From: an uncultured Sphingobacteriaceae bacterium
GTDB lineage: Bacteria > Bacteroidota > Bacteroidia > Sphingobacteriales > Sphingobacteriaceae
Length of the DNA: 64,000 nt
Reading direction: 5' to 3'
NCBI GenBank assembly: GCA_964454645.1
Contig: CAYVTM010000004.1
Span: 130,165 to 194,164 of the forward strand
The notes beneath the pieces were generated by a model. The model ran no database searches. It was given only the letters and a program-made list of their open reading frames with translations, and was not told the DNA's origin. Positions 20,742-31,556 of the stretch are shown piece by piece (within the stretch, counting starts at the first letter, position 1; each line of letters opens with the position of its first letter). The position numbers and the translations under genes are program-made.

Positions 20742-23306
20742 TTACATATCCATAAATGGCATAGGCTCTACTGAGTTGTTCGGATTGTTTCTGCGTTTGA
20801 ATAAGGAGGTGTCGAATTTCCCAAAACGATAACTAAAATTCAGGCGAACTATTTGCGGGTCTCTTCTACGTATCGAATATTGCTTAAAAAATTGAGAAGA
20901 AGAATAGGTTTCAACTTTACGGCTTCTTAAAATATCGGAGAAATTGATACTTACAGAAGCATTCCGTTCTTTCAGGAAATCATATTTTAAAGCGGCATCC
21001 AGCTCATAGTAAGCTTCAGTATATCCTTGTGCAGTAGAAGATGCACCGCCACCCCAACGACCTCCCGAGCTCCCTTGTTGCAAAGCTGTACGCGATTGAT
21101 AGTCCCCGCTCAATTGTATCGTTAAGTTCCTGATAAATTTGAAACTCACATTCGACTTAGCAAACCAGCTGAATTGCTCGTTGTCCAGATTAAGCTCAAT
21201 ATTACTCCCGTCAATAATGGAGTTATAAATATTCAGATTGGTAGTTAAGCTTAACCATTTTGTGATCGTGTTTTGCATCGTAAATTCTACTCCGTATGCA
21301 TAGGCGGCATTCGCATTTTGATAAGTACTTGTAATTACATTTTTATTCAGTATGCTGTCGTATTCCGAGTAGAGATAACGTGTAATCAGATTATTGGTGT
21401 TCTTAAGATATATTGAGCTTAATAAATTGTTTTGCTTATTAAACACATGTTGCAAACTCAACTCTATCGAATTGCTGAATTCGGGTAATAATTCGGGATT
21501 TCCACGACTTAAATTCAGTGAGTCGGAATAATCGGTAAAAGGGATTAACTGGAAAAAATTAGGACGGTTAATCTTACGTGTATAACTAAACTGTACATCG
21601 TTTTTCTCGGTTAATTTATAACTGGTGAACATACTCGGAAAGAAACTGATCGGGTAGGAGTTGTTGAATTTCTGATTAAGATTCAATAACTCTCCTTCGT
21701 AATCAGAGCTTTCGGCTCTAAGCCCCAACTGGAATCCGAACTTATTGATTTGTCTGCTGTAAGTCAGGTATGCTGCCATCACACGATCCGTAAAAGCATA
21801 TTCATTACTTTGGCCCGGAATAAATTGGTAGCTGTTGCTCTGCTCATCAAACAAGAAATTATTATTGGTACTACTATAATTACGATTACTGAAACGTATT
21901 CCGGTTTCTATTTTAGATTTATCCGAAACAGGTACTGCATAATCACTCTGAATGGTAAAAATATTATTCGCTCCGGTTCCTTCCTGTAATTGTTGGGCCA
22001 TGTTTCCGATCTGATTATCATTTTCATCGAATGAAGAAGTTCTGAAAAAACCATCGTTGCTGCTGGTGCTTTGATTATAATTGATGTCTGCACTTAATTC
22101 TTTTCCTTCCCTTGGGTACAAGTGTTTGAAAGAAAGTGCCGCACCGGTATTTTCAAACATACGGCCCGATTCCGAAAGACGTTCCTGAATTCCTCTCTCT
22201 GTACCGGTTGTGTATAGCGAATCGCTATGTGTAAGTATTTCATTATTCGAATCGAAGGTCCCGCGATGGTAGGATCCACTCAGGCTTAAAGTATTTCTAT
22301 TATCTATGAAGTAATCTACACCTCCTCTGATCGATCCGAAGTATCCGTTCGTCTTACCGCTGTTAGATTGTGACAGTTGTGTGTTGGGTATATCAGAAAA
22401 ATTTGTACGATCGGTTGCGCCCGTACTGTTCGAACGACGTTGATTGAGATTTGCTCCCATAAATACATTTATTTTTCCTTCACGCGAGTTAATATCTCCT
22501 CCTAAATTTATTCGCCCTCGTGTATCGATTCCCGTACGGACACTTCCATTGTAACCCATGCGTCTGTTTTTCTTTAAGACAATATTGACAATCCCCGCCA
22601 TTCCTCCGCTGGCATCATATTTCGCCGAAGGGTTTGTAATAACTTCAATACTTTGAATGGCATCAGCAGGGATTTGGTCGATGGTTAAAGTACTCGGGCG
22701 GCCATCTATAAAAAGTTGCGGCGATGAATTCCGTAAAGTGAGGTTTCCATCAATATCGACATTTAAGGAAGGGACATTTTTTAATACATCCTCTGCTGTT
22801 CCGCCCATTCCCACCGGGTTCTTCTCAACATCATATACTTTTTTATCGATACGCATTTCGTATGCCGGGGTCTCACCCACAATAACTGCTTCGGCTATCT
22901 GCACACTGCTCGGCTTGAGTTTGATATTTCCCAGATCACGTTCTCCCGAAGCACTTAAATTTAAGTTTATCATTTGTTCAACGGTATTGAATCCGATAGC
23001 GTTCACACGAAGTATATAATTACCTTTTGTAATTGGAATATCAATCAAAGTGAAATCTCCGTTTCCCGCGGTTAACTGACCGGAAATTAATTTTTCGCTT
23101 GTAGTTTCTGTTTTCGGGTCGGTAATCACCTGGCTCAATTGTACCGCAGCAAATTCAATCCCTTTATTGTTCACATCGACAACTTTACCATATAAACGGC
23201 CTTTCATAGCCGGGCGATTTCTATTGCCGGCGTTTTCGGGTACCTGAGCATGTAAAATCAATATGTTTAAGGAAAGTATTAGGAGTAGAAGCGAAATTTT
23301 TTTCAT
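20742..23306 (-). CDS. TonB-dependent-receptor-like outer-membrane beta-barrel protein with N-terminal CarboxypepD_reg domain
   Basis: 854 aa with a signal peptide. Has a carboxypeptidase-regulatory-like region (GRLYGKVVD...), a plug-like segment (VLKNVPSLNVD) and a long beta-strand-rich C-terminus ending in an aromatic-rich barrel. Confidence 0.75.
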   Translation of the reverse strand: MKKISLLLLILSLNILILHAQVPENAGNRNRPAMKGRLYGKVVDVNNKGIEFAAVQLSQVITDPKTETTSEKLISGQLTAGNGDFTLIDIPITKGNYILRVNAIGFNTVEQMINLNLSASGERDLGNIKLKPSSVQIAEAVIVGETPAYEMRIDKKVYDVEKNPVGMGGTAEDVLKNVPSLNVDIDGNLTLRNSSPQLFIDGRPSTLTIDQIPADAIQSIEVITNPSAKYDASGGMAGIVNIVLKKNRRMGYNGSVRTGIDTRGRINLGGDINSREGKINVFMGANLNQRRSNSTGATDRTNFSDIPNTQLSQSNSGKTNGYFGSIRGGVDYFIDNRNTLSLSGSYHRGTFDSNNEILTHSDSLYTTGTERGIQERLSESGRMFENTGAALSFKHLYPREGKELSADINYNQSTSSNDGFFRTSSFDENDNQIGNMAQQLQEGTGANNIFTIQSDYAVPVSDKSKIETGIRFSNRNYSSTNNNFLFDEQSNSYQFIPGQSNEYAFTDRVMAAYLTYSRQINKFGFQLGLRAESSDYEGELLNLNQKFNNSYPISFFPSMFTSYKLTEKNDVQFSYTRKINRPNFFQLIPFTDYSDSLNLSRGNPELLPEFSNSIELSLQHVFNKQNNLLSSIYLKNTNNLITRYLYSEYDSILNKNVITSTYQNANAAYAYGVEFTMQNTITKWLSLTTNLNIYNSIIDGSNIELNLDNEQFSWFAKSNVSFKFIRNLTIQLSGDYQSRTALQQGSSGGRWGGGASSTAQGYTEAYYELDAALKYDFLKERNASVSINFSDILRSRKVETYSSSQFFKQYSIRRRDPQIVRLNFSYRFGKFDTSLFKRRNNPNNSVEPMPFMDM

Positions 23307-23369
23307 TATAGCGATAATAGACGATGATTAAAAACGGATTTAGACTACGTTTGATACCTAAGGTTTAAC

Positions 23370-23399
23370 AAAAAAGAAAGGCCGTTGTTACGCGGCCTT
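23370..23399 (-). terminator. terminator after the 771-aa TonB-dependent receptor gene
   Basis: Stem AAGGCCG / CGGCCTT with an 8-nt loop, followed on the - strand by TCTTTTTTG. Confidence 0.5.
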
Positions 23400-23404
23400 C
23401 TCAT

Positions 23405-25720
23405 TTAAAAACTTAAACTGATACCGGCGCTGGGCAGGAATGGTAATTGATATCTTTTTTCATAGGTAGTCCGGTCGAAATAAAACAGGTTTGCCTGATT
23501 ATATGCATTGGTAGCACCCATATTAGCTTCTAAGCTGGTAAATTTACTTAACTCCCATTTCTTTTTGATGCTGACATCTAAACGATGGTAATAAGGTAAG
23601 CGGCCTTTGTTTAAATCTCCTAAAATAACACTTAACTCTCCCTGGCTGGAGGTATAGTCTTTGTCAATACCGTTAAATATAATGTTCTCATAGAATCCCT
23701 GAGTTTGAGTAAATGGAAATCCGGACCCCAGATTCCAACGCATACTGAATTCCCAGTTAGACCCTTTACCAAAAGCATAAGTAGTTACCAAATTCACATT
23801 ATGTCGTCTGTCGAAATGGGGGTAATATGTGCGAGTACCATCGTAACGATCGACGAAACCTAAGGAATAGGTACTCCATATGTACAGGTTTTTGCGTTCG
23901 TATTTTAAGGATACATCAAAACCATCAGCTGTTCCCGTTTCAATAATATAATCTTTTTTCAGATTATCGGGCTTGTCAAGATTATCGTTTGTATCGGAAT
24001 AAACTTTATCGCGGTTTACATTGGTCAACTGGTTGAAGCGTTTTACATAAGCTTCTAAATTAATTTGAAAATAACGTAAGAAATCAATTTCAATACCACC
24101 AATTAAATGCCTTGCTTTTTGAAGTTTGCTTTCAACATCCTTGCCATCGAATTTGCTTGGTAAATTATCCGGTCCGGATAGGAAACCATAAAATAAATTT
24201 ACGATATCTCGGTCGGAGGTTGCACTAAGAAGATTTTGGCTGTAATACCCCCCGGCTGCTTTTAGCCGCATATAGTCGGTCAATAAATACTTTGCTCCAA
24301 AGCGGGGTTCCAGCGAACTTTCAGGTAAAGATGCATAATAATGAATCCGTACGCTCGGTTCTAAAATCAAACGCTTATAATTTAATTTATATTTTAAAAA
24401 ACCTGCTATTTCAGTCGTGAATTGTTGTTGTTGGATGACCGTATTTGCAGCGTTTGTAAAGATAAAATCGGTTTTGAATCCCAACATTTCGATTCCATAC
24501 TGTATCTCGTTATCACCTAAAAAATAAGTAAAATTTAATCCGGCATTAAATCCGTTAATTTCACTTGAACGAGGTTTTGAAACCATATCTTTTAAACTGA
24601 TATCATAACCCGAATAAGCGAAAGTGCCTGAAATCAAGGCAGAAGAAGAGGAAGGAATAAAAACAAAATTAGTCCCAAAACCCGAGCTGTTCCACTCGAT
24701 CGCTGCCGGGAATTTATAATTTACTTTATCGTTGAACTTAAATCCGAAGAAATTTACCTTACTGCCATTGGCTCCATTGATACTGATTTTACCGTAGAGG
24801 TCGGTAAAATTATAGGGAAGCCCCGCTGTGTCGACATAACTGTAAATACTTTTTGAGGTTTGTTCCAGATAGGAGGTACGTCCTGTGAGAATAAAGGAAG
24901 TACTTGATTTCCCTTCCTGGTATTTACTTAAGGGTCCTTCTAACAAAATTTTCGATGTAAAAGGATTGGTAGATACTTTACCCGAAAGTCTTTTCTTGTT
25001 TCCATCACGTGTAGTGATATCCATAATTGCAGAAATTCGTCCACCGTATTCGGCTCCAAAACCTCCGGTATGCACATCCGCATTTCGGATAATATCGGTT
25101 TCGAAAACAGAATACAACCCGATAGAATGGAAAGGGTTATAAATCACCATTCCATCCAATAATACCTTGTTTTGTATGGGAGAACCACCCCGTATGTATA
25201 GTTGTCCACCCTGATCTCCTGTAAAAACAACTCCCGGAAGTACTTGTAAATATTGCGCTAAATCAGGTTCCCCACCTACAGATGGGATAGCTGAAATTTG
25301 TTTCGGTGTAACTTTTACCACCGATACTTTTGTTTCAGTGGTAAGCTCGGCTCTGTCGCCTGATATATCTACGGTTTTAATATCTACGGATTGTTGCGAC
25401 AGATAAATATTCAAATTAAGTTTCTGTCCGGCACTTAGGTTTATCGTATTACGCACCGTATCGAAACCAATACCCGTACCTGTTACGGTATATCTCCCCG
25501 GTTTCAATTTAGTTAAAGCAAAGAATCCGTTTACATCTGTCGACACTCCTATTGCGGTACCTTCAATGTACACACTGGTAAAGATTGCAGGCTCACCTGT
25601 GTTTTTCTCGTAAACAAAGCCCCGTACCTCTGCTGTTGATGAGGTGCTTTGAGCGAATGAAATACCTGAAGAAAAGAGTAAAAATAATATGAGATGAATA
25701 GATAGATAGTTTGCTTTCAT
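23405..25720 (-). CDS. TonB-dependent receptor with CarboxypepD_reg domain
   Basis: 771 aa with a signal peptide. Has the CarboxypepD_reg-like VRGFVYEK...G, the plug motif YLQVLPGV...GGQLYIRGG, and a terminal ...SAGISLSF with C-terminal Phe. Confidence 0.78.
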   Translation of the reverse strand: MKANYLSIHLILFLLFSSGISFAQSTSSTAEVRGFVYEKNTGEPAIFTSVYIEGTAIGVSTDVNGFFALTKLKPGRYTVTGTGIGFDTVRNTINLSAGQKLNLNIYLSQQSVDIKTVDISGDRAELTTETKVSVVKVTPKQISAIPSVGGEPDLAQYLQVLPGVVFTGDQGGQLYIRGGSPIQNKVLLDGMVIYNPFHSIGLYSVFETDIIRNADVHTGGFGAEYGGRISAIMDITTRDGNKKRLSGKVSTNPFTSKILLEGPLSKYQEGKSSTSFILTGRTSYLEQTSKSIYSYVDTAGLPYNFTDLYGKISINGANGSKVNFFGFKFNDKVNYKFPAAIEWNSSGFGTNFVFIPSSSSALISGTFAYSGYDISLKDMVSKPRSSEINGFNAGLNFTYFLGDNEIQYGIEMLGFKTDFIFTNAANTVIQQQQFTTEIAGFLKYKLNYKRLILEPSVRIHYYASLPESSLEPRFGAKYLLTDYMRLKAAGGYYSQNLLSATSDRDIVNLFYGFLSGPDNLPSKFDGKDVESKLQKARHLIGGIEIDFLRYFQINLEAYVKRFNQLTNVNRDKVYSDTNDNLDKPDNLKKDYIIETGTADGFDVSLKYERKNLYIWSTYSLGFVDRYDGTRTYYPHFDRRHNVNLVTTYAFGKGSNWEFSMRWNLGSGFPFTQTQGFYENIIFNGIDKDYTSSQGELSVILGDLNKGRLPYYHRLDVSIKKKWELSKFTSLEANMGATNAYNQANLFYFDRTTYEKRYQLPFLPSAGISLSF

Positions 25721-25817
25721 TTTTTAAAAAATAAAAGATGCAAGATAGAAGATTTCGTCTGTTTTTTGCAATACTATTGAAGAGGAATAGGCTGCAGCAT
25801 GTAAAAATGATATTACA

Positions 25818-26744
25818 TCAATTGTTCTGACCGGCTAATAAATAAAGTACCGCCATTCGAACAGCTACTCCATTTTCGACCTGGTCTAAAATAATCGATT
25901 GTTTCGAGTCGGCGACATCGCTCGATATTTCGACTCCACGGTTAATGGGTCCCGGATGCATGACGGTTATTTTTTTATCGAGCGAATCGAGTATGTTTTT
26001 GTCCAGGCCATACATCATGGTATATTCTCTTAAAGAGGGGAAGTATTTAATATCCTGGCGTTCCAGTTGTATGCGCAGCATGTTGGCTACATCACACCAG
26101 TCGAGTGCTTTCCGCAGGTTGTGTTCTACTCTTACCCCCAAGCTGTGAATGTATTTGGGGATAAGTGTTGTAGGACCGCATACCATAACTTCTGCACCTA
26201 ATAATTTTAAGCAAAGGATGTTTGATAAAGCAACACGCGAATGTAAAATGTCGCCCACTATCACAACTTTCTTTCCGCTTACATCACCGTATTTTTCACG
26301 AATGGAATAGGCATCCAGTAAGGCTTGTGTCGGATGTTCATGAGCACCGTCTCCGGCATTGATAATTTGTGCCTGTACATGTTTTGCCAAGAAGACTGCT
26401 GCTCCGGGATAAGGGTGACGCATCACAACCATATCTACTTTCATCGCTAAAATATTACTTACCGTATCAATCAGCGTTTCGCCTTTGCTTACGGATGATG
26501 AAGAGGCTGCAAAATTTATGGTATCCGCAGATAATCTTTTTTCGGCTAACTCAAATGAAAGTTTGGTTCGGGTAGAATTTTCAAAAAACAGATTCGCTAT
26601 TGTAGTGTCTCGTAAAGAAGGTACCTTTTTAATAGGCCGGTTGATAACGGATTTGAAGTTATCGGCGGTTTCGAAGATTAATTGGATGTCCGATTCTTTT
26701 AAGCCTTTAATCCCTAATAAGTGACGAACACTAAGTTTCTGCAT
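25818..26744 (-). CDS. pyrB: aspartate carbamoyltransferase catalytic subunit
   Basis: Motifs FFENSTRTKLSFE (carbamoyl-phosphate binding), HPTQALLD and HPGPINRG. Confidence 0.92.
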   Translation of the reverse strand: MQKLSVRHLLGIKGLKESDIQLIFETADNFKSVINRPIKKVPSLRDTTIANLFFENSTRTKLSFELAEKRLSADTINFAASSSSVSKGETLIDTVSNILAMKVDMVVMRHPYPGAAVFLAKHVQAQIINAGDGAHEHPTQALLDAYSIREKYGDVSGKKVVIVGDILHSRVALSNILCLKLLGAEVMVCGPTTLIPKYIHSLGVRVEHNLRKALDWCDVANMLRIQLERQDIKYFPSLREYTMMYGLDKNILDSLDKKITVMHPGPINRGVEISSDVADSKQSIILDQVENGVAVRMAVLYLLAGQNN

Positions 26745-26780
26745 GAGCGAATTATTTTATTGTGTTGATGTTCAACAAAT

Positions 26781-27320
26781 TTATTCTTCAACTAAAATCA
26801 CTTCATCCTTTCCATCGGTTTCTTTCCATCGCACAACAACTTTCTCGGAAGAGATGGAGTCAACTTTCATACCGATATAATCGGGTTCTATCGGTAATTG
26901 CCGGGTGTATCGACGATCGATCAATACCAGAAGTTCTACTTTCGAAGGGCGGCCAAAAGCGAGCATGGCATCCAATCCCGCCCGGATTGTTCTTCCTGTA
27001 TAAAGTACATCATCAATCAATATTACTTTTTTATTTTCGATGATGAAGTCGATATCTGTGGCGTTAGGTACTAATGGATTTTCCCGGTGACGGAAATCGT
27101 CTCTGAAAAAAGTGACGTCCAGATTTCCGAACTGGAGCTTGTTATCCGGGAGTAAACTTTCCAGCTCTTGTTGAATACGATTTGCTAAATAGATACCACG
27201 GGGTTGTAAGCCAATTAATACAGAGTCTGAAAAATCGTTATGGTTTTCGATTAATTGATGGCAAAGACGTTTAATCGTAATCCGGAATTTCGGGTTTCCT
27301 AATATGATTCCTTGCTTCAT
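26781..27320 (-). CDS. pyrR: bifunctional pyr regulator / uracil phosphoribosyltransferase PyrR
   Basis: PRTase motif VILIDDVLYTGRT, with PyrR-typical length and context (immediately upstream of pyrB). ATG 27320 is preferred over TTG 27338. Confidence 0.85.
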   Translation of the reverse strand: MKQGIILGNPKFRITIKRLCHQLIENHNDFSDSVLIGLQPRGIYLANRIQQELESLLPDNKLQFGNLDVTFFRDDFRHRENPLVPNATDIDFIIENKKVILIDDVLYTGRTIRAGLDAMLAFGRPSKVELLVLIDRRYTRQLPIEPDYIGMKVDSISSEKVVVRWKETDGKDEVILVEE

Positions 27321-27409
27321 TTGAGAATGATTTGCCAAATATAGGATTTTTTTGAATTATCGTCACTCATTTTTTTCGAATGGGGGGTGATAGCACAGGT
27401 TAATGAACG

Positions 27410-27443
27410 AAAAAGCCCCGTCTTGCCGAAGCGAGACGGGGCT
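27410..27443 (-). terminator. rho-independent terminator after rpsA
   Basis: Stem AGCCCCGTCT / AGACGGGGCT (10 bp, extendable inward), with a T-run on the - strand (A-run 27411-27414 on +). Confidence 0.7.
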
Positions 27444-27463
27444 ATAATTGAGCTCATCAAAGT

Positions 27464-29443
27464 TTATTCTTCAGTAGCAGAGGGCTCTTCAGAAGATTTT
27501 TTAGCTTTCTTTGCTTTAGTATCTGCTTCATCACTTTCTAATGAAGATTTCAATGCAGAAAGAACACCTAAATCACCTAATGTTGTTTTCTCAACCGATT
27601 CTTTTACCTTTTTAACTGCAGTAGAAGTTGCTTTCGCATCTTTCTTCTTTTTATCAGTTTCAGCTGCTTTCTCTTCCGCTTTTGCTTCTTCCGCAATTTT
27701 AGAATGAGAAACTAAGATACGTTTAGAATCTTTATTGAATTCAATAATCTTGAAATCAAGAGTCTCTTCAACCTGAGCCATTTTACCATCTTCTTTAATT
27801 AAATGTTTGGTAGGAGCAAATCCTTCAACACCGTATGGTAAAGTAACTACAGCACCTTTGTCGGTAATTTTAACAACGGTACCCTGGTGAATAGAGTCGT
27901 TTGTAAAGATCGTTTCGAAAGTATCCCAAGGATTTTCTTCCAATTGTTTATGACCTAAACTTAGTTTACGTTCTTCGGCATTCACTTCTAATACCACTAC
28001 ATCTAATTTATCACCAACTTTGGTAAACTCGTGCGGGTGATTGATTTTTTTAGACCATGATAAATCAGAGATGTGAATTAATCCGTCGATACCTTCTTCA
28101 AGTTCAACAAATACCCCGAAGTTGGTCATGTTTTTAACCGTTGCATTTTGTTTGCTTCCTACAGGATAACGATCTGCAACACCAACCCATGGATCAGGTG
28201 TTAGTTGTTTAATACCTAAAGACATTTTACGCTCGTCTCTGTCTAAGGTTAATACAACAGCTTCCACTTCATCGCTTACTTTCATAAACTCCTGCGGACT
28301 TCTTAAATGTTGTGACCAAGACATTTCGGAAACGTGGATAAGACCTTCAACACCCGGGATGATTTCAAGGAATGCTCCGTAATCGGCAACCGTAACGATT
28401 TTACCTTTTACTTTCGATCCTACCTGAATATCTTGAGTTAATGATTCCCAAGGATGTGGAGTTAATTGTTTTAATCCTAATGCGATACGTTTTTTCTCAT
28501 CATCAAAATCAAGTACTACCACATTGATTTTTTGATCCAATGCAAGTACTTCTTCCGGATGATCAATACGGCCCCATGAGATATCAGTAATGTGAAGTAA
28601 TCCGTCGACACCTCCCAAATCGATGAATACACCGAATGCAGTAATGTTTTTAACGGTACCTTCTAATACCTGACCTTTCTCTAATTTAGAAATGATATCG
28701 AATTTTTGGCTTTCCAAATCATCTTCGATAAGTACTTTATGCGATACAACAACATTACGGAACTCATGGTTAATTTTAACCACTTTGAATTCCATGGTTT
28801 TACCCACGTAAATATCGTAGTCGCGAATCGGTTTAATGTCGATTTGTGAACCCGGCAAGAATGCTTCAACACCTTCGATGTCTACAATCAATCCACCTTT
28901 GGTTCTGCTCTTCACAAAACCTGTAATAATGCTGTCGTTCTCAAGAGCTTTGTTAATATCATCCCAAGAACGTTGTGTTTTCGCTCTTTTACGAGAAAGA
29001 ATTAACTGACCGTTTTTGTCCTCCTGATCTTCAACAAATACTTCTACCTGATCGCCGATGTTTAACTCCGGCATATCACGGAATTCTGAAAGCGGTACCA
29101 TGCCGTCGGATTTGAACCCGATGTTTAGAACAACGTCTTTCGCATTCATGTTTACTACCGTTCCGGTGATAATCTCACCTTTACTGATAGAACTTAAAGT
29201 TTGTGTGTACAAACCCTCTAATTTAGCACGCTCCTCATCCGAGTAGTTACCAAATCCTTTGTTTTCTATATCCCAATCGAAATCATTTTCGTTGTGGATA
29301 ATCGCTTGAGATTTAATTTCATCAAGTGATAATGAATCAGCTTCTGATTCAATCACAGCTTCGGCTGTACGTTTTGTGCTTTCGAATTCAGCATTTGCTT
29401 CCGATGCTTCTAATTCTTGTTCTGTAAATTGTTTTTTTGCCAT
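27464..29443 (-). CDS. rpsA: 30S ribosomal protein S1
   Basis: Six S1 (OB-fold) repeats, e.g. G..V.G.V.....GV.V..G...GL.H.S. Has an acidic N-terminal leader and a Lys/Ala/Glu-rich tail. ATG 29443 (MAKKQF) is preferred over the upstream extension. Confidence 0.93.
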   Translation of the reverse strand: MAKKQFTEQELEASEANAEFESTKRTAEAVIESEADSLSLDEIKSQAIIHNENDFDWDIENKGFGNYSDEERAKLEGLYTQTLSSISKGEIITGTVVNMNAKDVVLNIGFKSDGMVPLSEFRDMPELNIGDQVEVFVEDQEDKNGQLILSRKRAKTQRSWDDINKALENDSIITGFVKSRTKGGLIVDIEGVEAFLPGSQIDIKPIRDYDIYVGKTMEFKVVKINHEFRNVVVSHKVLIEDDLESQKFDIISKLEKGQVLEGTVKNITAFGVFIDLGGVDGLLHITDISWGRIDHPEEVLALDQKINVVVLDFDDEKKRIALGLKQLTPHPWESLTQDIQVGSKVKGKIVTVADYGAFLEIIPGVEGLIHVSEMSWSQHLRSPQEFMKVSDEVEAVVLTLDRDERKMSLGIKQLTPDPWVGVADRYPVGSKQNATVKNMTNFGVFVELEEGIDGLIHISDLSWSKKINHPHEFTKVGDKLDVVVLEVNAEERKLSLGHKQLEENPWDTFETIFTNDSIHQGTVVKITDKGAVVTLPYGVEGFAPTKHLIKEDGKMAQVEETLDFKIIEFNKDSKRILVSHSKIAEEAKAEEKAAETDKKKKDAKATSTAVKKVKESVEKTTLGDLGVLSALKSSLESDEADTKAKKAKKSSEEPSATEE

Positions 29444-29626
29444 TAAATATTTTTCTCCTTTTCCCACCTTGTGGGACGCCAAAGATAGGAATTAATATTT
29501 AAAATGAAAATATTATATTTGGTTGATTTACTGATGGTTAAATCTGTAAACGAAGGAGATTTACCCTGAAAAATGATTTTTTTAAGGAGAAAATATGCGG
29601 TTTCGCTCTTCTCAATACTTAAATAC

Positions 29627-30289
29627 TTACTGTTTAATCGCTTTGAGTTTTTCTTTTACAAAGTTTAATTGTTCCTCCGGACTTAAAAAGCTATTATCAA
29701 GAATGATGGCGTCATCAGCCTTTGTTAAGGGGCTTTCTTTACGGTGGGTATCTTCGTAATCACGCATATTCAGATTCGCCATCACATCATCCAGTGAAAG
29801 CTTATCACCTTTCTCCAAGAGTTCTTTATACCGGCGTTGGGCACGAATCATGGGATGGGCAGTCATGAAAATTTTTAATTGGGCATTGGGAAAGACAGTT
29901 GTGCCGATATCTCTGCCGTCCATCACTACATTCATATTTTTTGCCAATGCCTGTTGCTGTTTTACCATGGCAACACGAACGGCTTTAATGGCGGAAATAC
30001 GGCTTACATGCTGCGAAATATACATGCTTCGGATAGATTCGCTTACATCTTCATCATTTAAATAAATCTTCTGGCCTTCAAAACGGATATGAATATTTCG
30101 CAAAGCTTCTCCAACCGCTTTTGTATTTTCCGTATCTATTTGATGCTCCATAAAATAATAGGTAACACAACGGTACATGGCTCCGGAATCGATATAGGTA
30201 TAGGCTAAGTCTTTTGCTAAAGCCTTTGCTAAAGTACTTTTACCGCAAGATGAATAACCGTCGATAGCGATGCTTATTGTTTGTGTCAT
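29627..30289 (-). CDS. cmk: (d)CMP kinase
   Basis: P-loop IAIDGYSSCGKST, then DSGAMYR and MDGRDIGT motifs. Confidence 0.9.
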   Translation of the reverse strand: MTQTISIAIDGYSSCGKSTLAKALAKDLAYTYIDSGAMYRCVTYYFMEHQIDTENTKAVGEALRNIHIRFEGQKIYLNDEDVSESIRSMYISQHVSRISAIKAVRVAMVKQQQALAKNMNVVMDGRDIGTTVFPNAQLKIFMTAHPMIRAQRRYKELLEKGDKLSLDDVMANLNMRDYEDTHRKESPLTKADDAIILDNSFLSPEEQLNFVKEKLKAIKQ

Positions 30290-30404
30290 GGAGCTGCCTT
30301 AGCTTCCAAAAATAGTATTTTTTTCAGATTTATGATGTATCAGCCTTACAAGCTGAAAGGTTAATGCTTACTTGGCGCATATACTCTTTCCGTTCAGAGA
30401 AGAA

Positions 30405-31457
30405 TTAAATTTTCCTCCGGATAAAATCATTCGGGTTTACCGAAAGGCTGAACATATTGGTAGACCCCGCCAGATGATAACGGGCGCTACCGTAGGCAAA
30501 ACTAATTTTCTTGATTTTTATTCCGAGCCCCCAGGAGAAACCTACGGTTGCATTCCGAGCCGGTATGGTTAATTCTTTTCTGCGTTGATGGTTGTATCCC
30601 ACACGTACATTGAAATTGGGGGATAGGATTAATTCGGTTCCTATAATTACATGACGTGCTAATTTGTCGGCGATTGTATAATCTTCTTTAATAGGTTCAC
30701 CTGTTGCCAGATCGATCTGTTGGCTTTGTCCGTTCGGATCCTGATAGGTTAAATCGAAACGCTGGAGATTGTGCAGGGTGAGTGAAAAACGAAAAGGGGC
30801 ATGTTTTAGTTTTTTAGAAAGCCCGAATTGTGCTTCAAAGGGTAGCGATTCTCTTTCACCATAGAAAGTTCGTGTTTGTGTACCTATATTTTTTAATACG
30901 AATGCAGCAGTAAAGCCATTCACCGTATCGATATAGGTTCCCGACAAATCTGCCATAACCGCTCTTGCATTATACGATTCGAAATGAGAGAAAACGGTTT
31001 TCAATGCAGCACCATAAGCGAAGTTGTTGTAGGCTCTGCCGTAACCGATATGCACAGCATTTTCCCCCGCAGTAAATTCCCCCAGCACATCGCCCCGGTC
31101 GTTGGTATGTTCAAAAGTTCCGTAATCAATATATTGAATGCCGATAGAAAAGGTGCCGACATTTTTAAAATGTTGTGCTGTAGCAACGTATCCGTATTGT
31201 ATATCCGAAAAATAATTAGCAACATTCAAGGCAAACTGATTATCCATTTTAGGATTTAATAAAGATGGATTCTGATAAGCATTGTTCAAATCATCGTCGT
31301 AGATCGATATAAGATTTCCGCCCAATGCGGTAATCCGTGCAGAAGGAGCAAGTGTTAGAAATTTATACCCGGCATAGCCACCTGTTTGGGCTGAAGCATT
31401 CAAGCCGGTCAGCATCAGTATGATAATTGAAAAATAAGCGGGTAGCTTTAAAGCCAT
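30405..31457 (-). CDS. porQ: type IX secretion system outer-membrane protein PorQ-like
   Basis: 350 aa with a signal peptide (...NASAQ) and beta-barrel-like sequence. The N-terminal YAGYKFLTLAPSARITALGG matches my recollection of PorQ, and its position beside cmk is as I recall for Porphyromonas. No search was done. Confidence 0.55.
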   Translation of the reverse strand: MALKLPAYFSIIILMLTGLNASAQTGGYAGYKFLTLAPSARITALGGNLISIYDDDLNNAYQNPSLLNPKMDNQFALNVANYFSDIQYGYVATAQHFKNVGTFSIGIQYIDYGTFEHTNDRGDVLGEFTAGENAVHIGYGRAYNNFAYGAALKTVFSHFESYNARAVMADLSGTYIDTVNGFTAAFVLKNIGTQTRTFYGERESLPFEAQFGLSKKLKHAPFRFSLTLHNLQRFDLTYQDPNGQSQQIDLATGEPIKEDYTIADKLARHVIIGTELILSPNFNVRVGYNHQRRKELTIPARNATVGFSWGLGIKIKKISFAYGSARYHLAGSTNMFSLSVNPNDFIRRKI

Positions 31458-31556
31458 ATTTTTATTTATTTTGCAATAACGCAGAAACGAAGATAGTTAT
31501 TATTTCAGATCTTAATAAATGAGGGAAGTATTTTCGTTTCCATACAAATCCATTTC

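Noticed and set aside
27339-27463. A possible PyrR-responsive attenuator in front of pyrR-pyrB, based on the strong hairpin at 27410-27443.
   Set aside because: The hairpin plus T-run lies immediately after the rpsA stop and is fully explained as the rpsA terminator. I could not find a PyrR binding-loop-like sequence (ARUCCAGAGAGG type) in the leader.
30372-30572. A 66-aa plus-strand ORF at the cmk/porQ junction.
   Set aside because: It mostly overlaps the 3' end of the PorQ-like gene in antisense and has no features of a real small protein.
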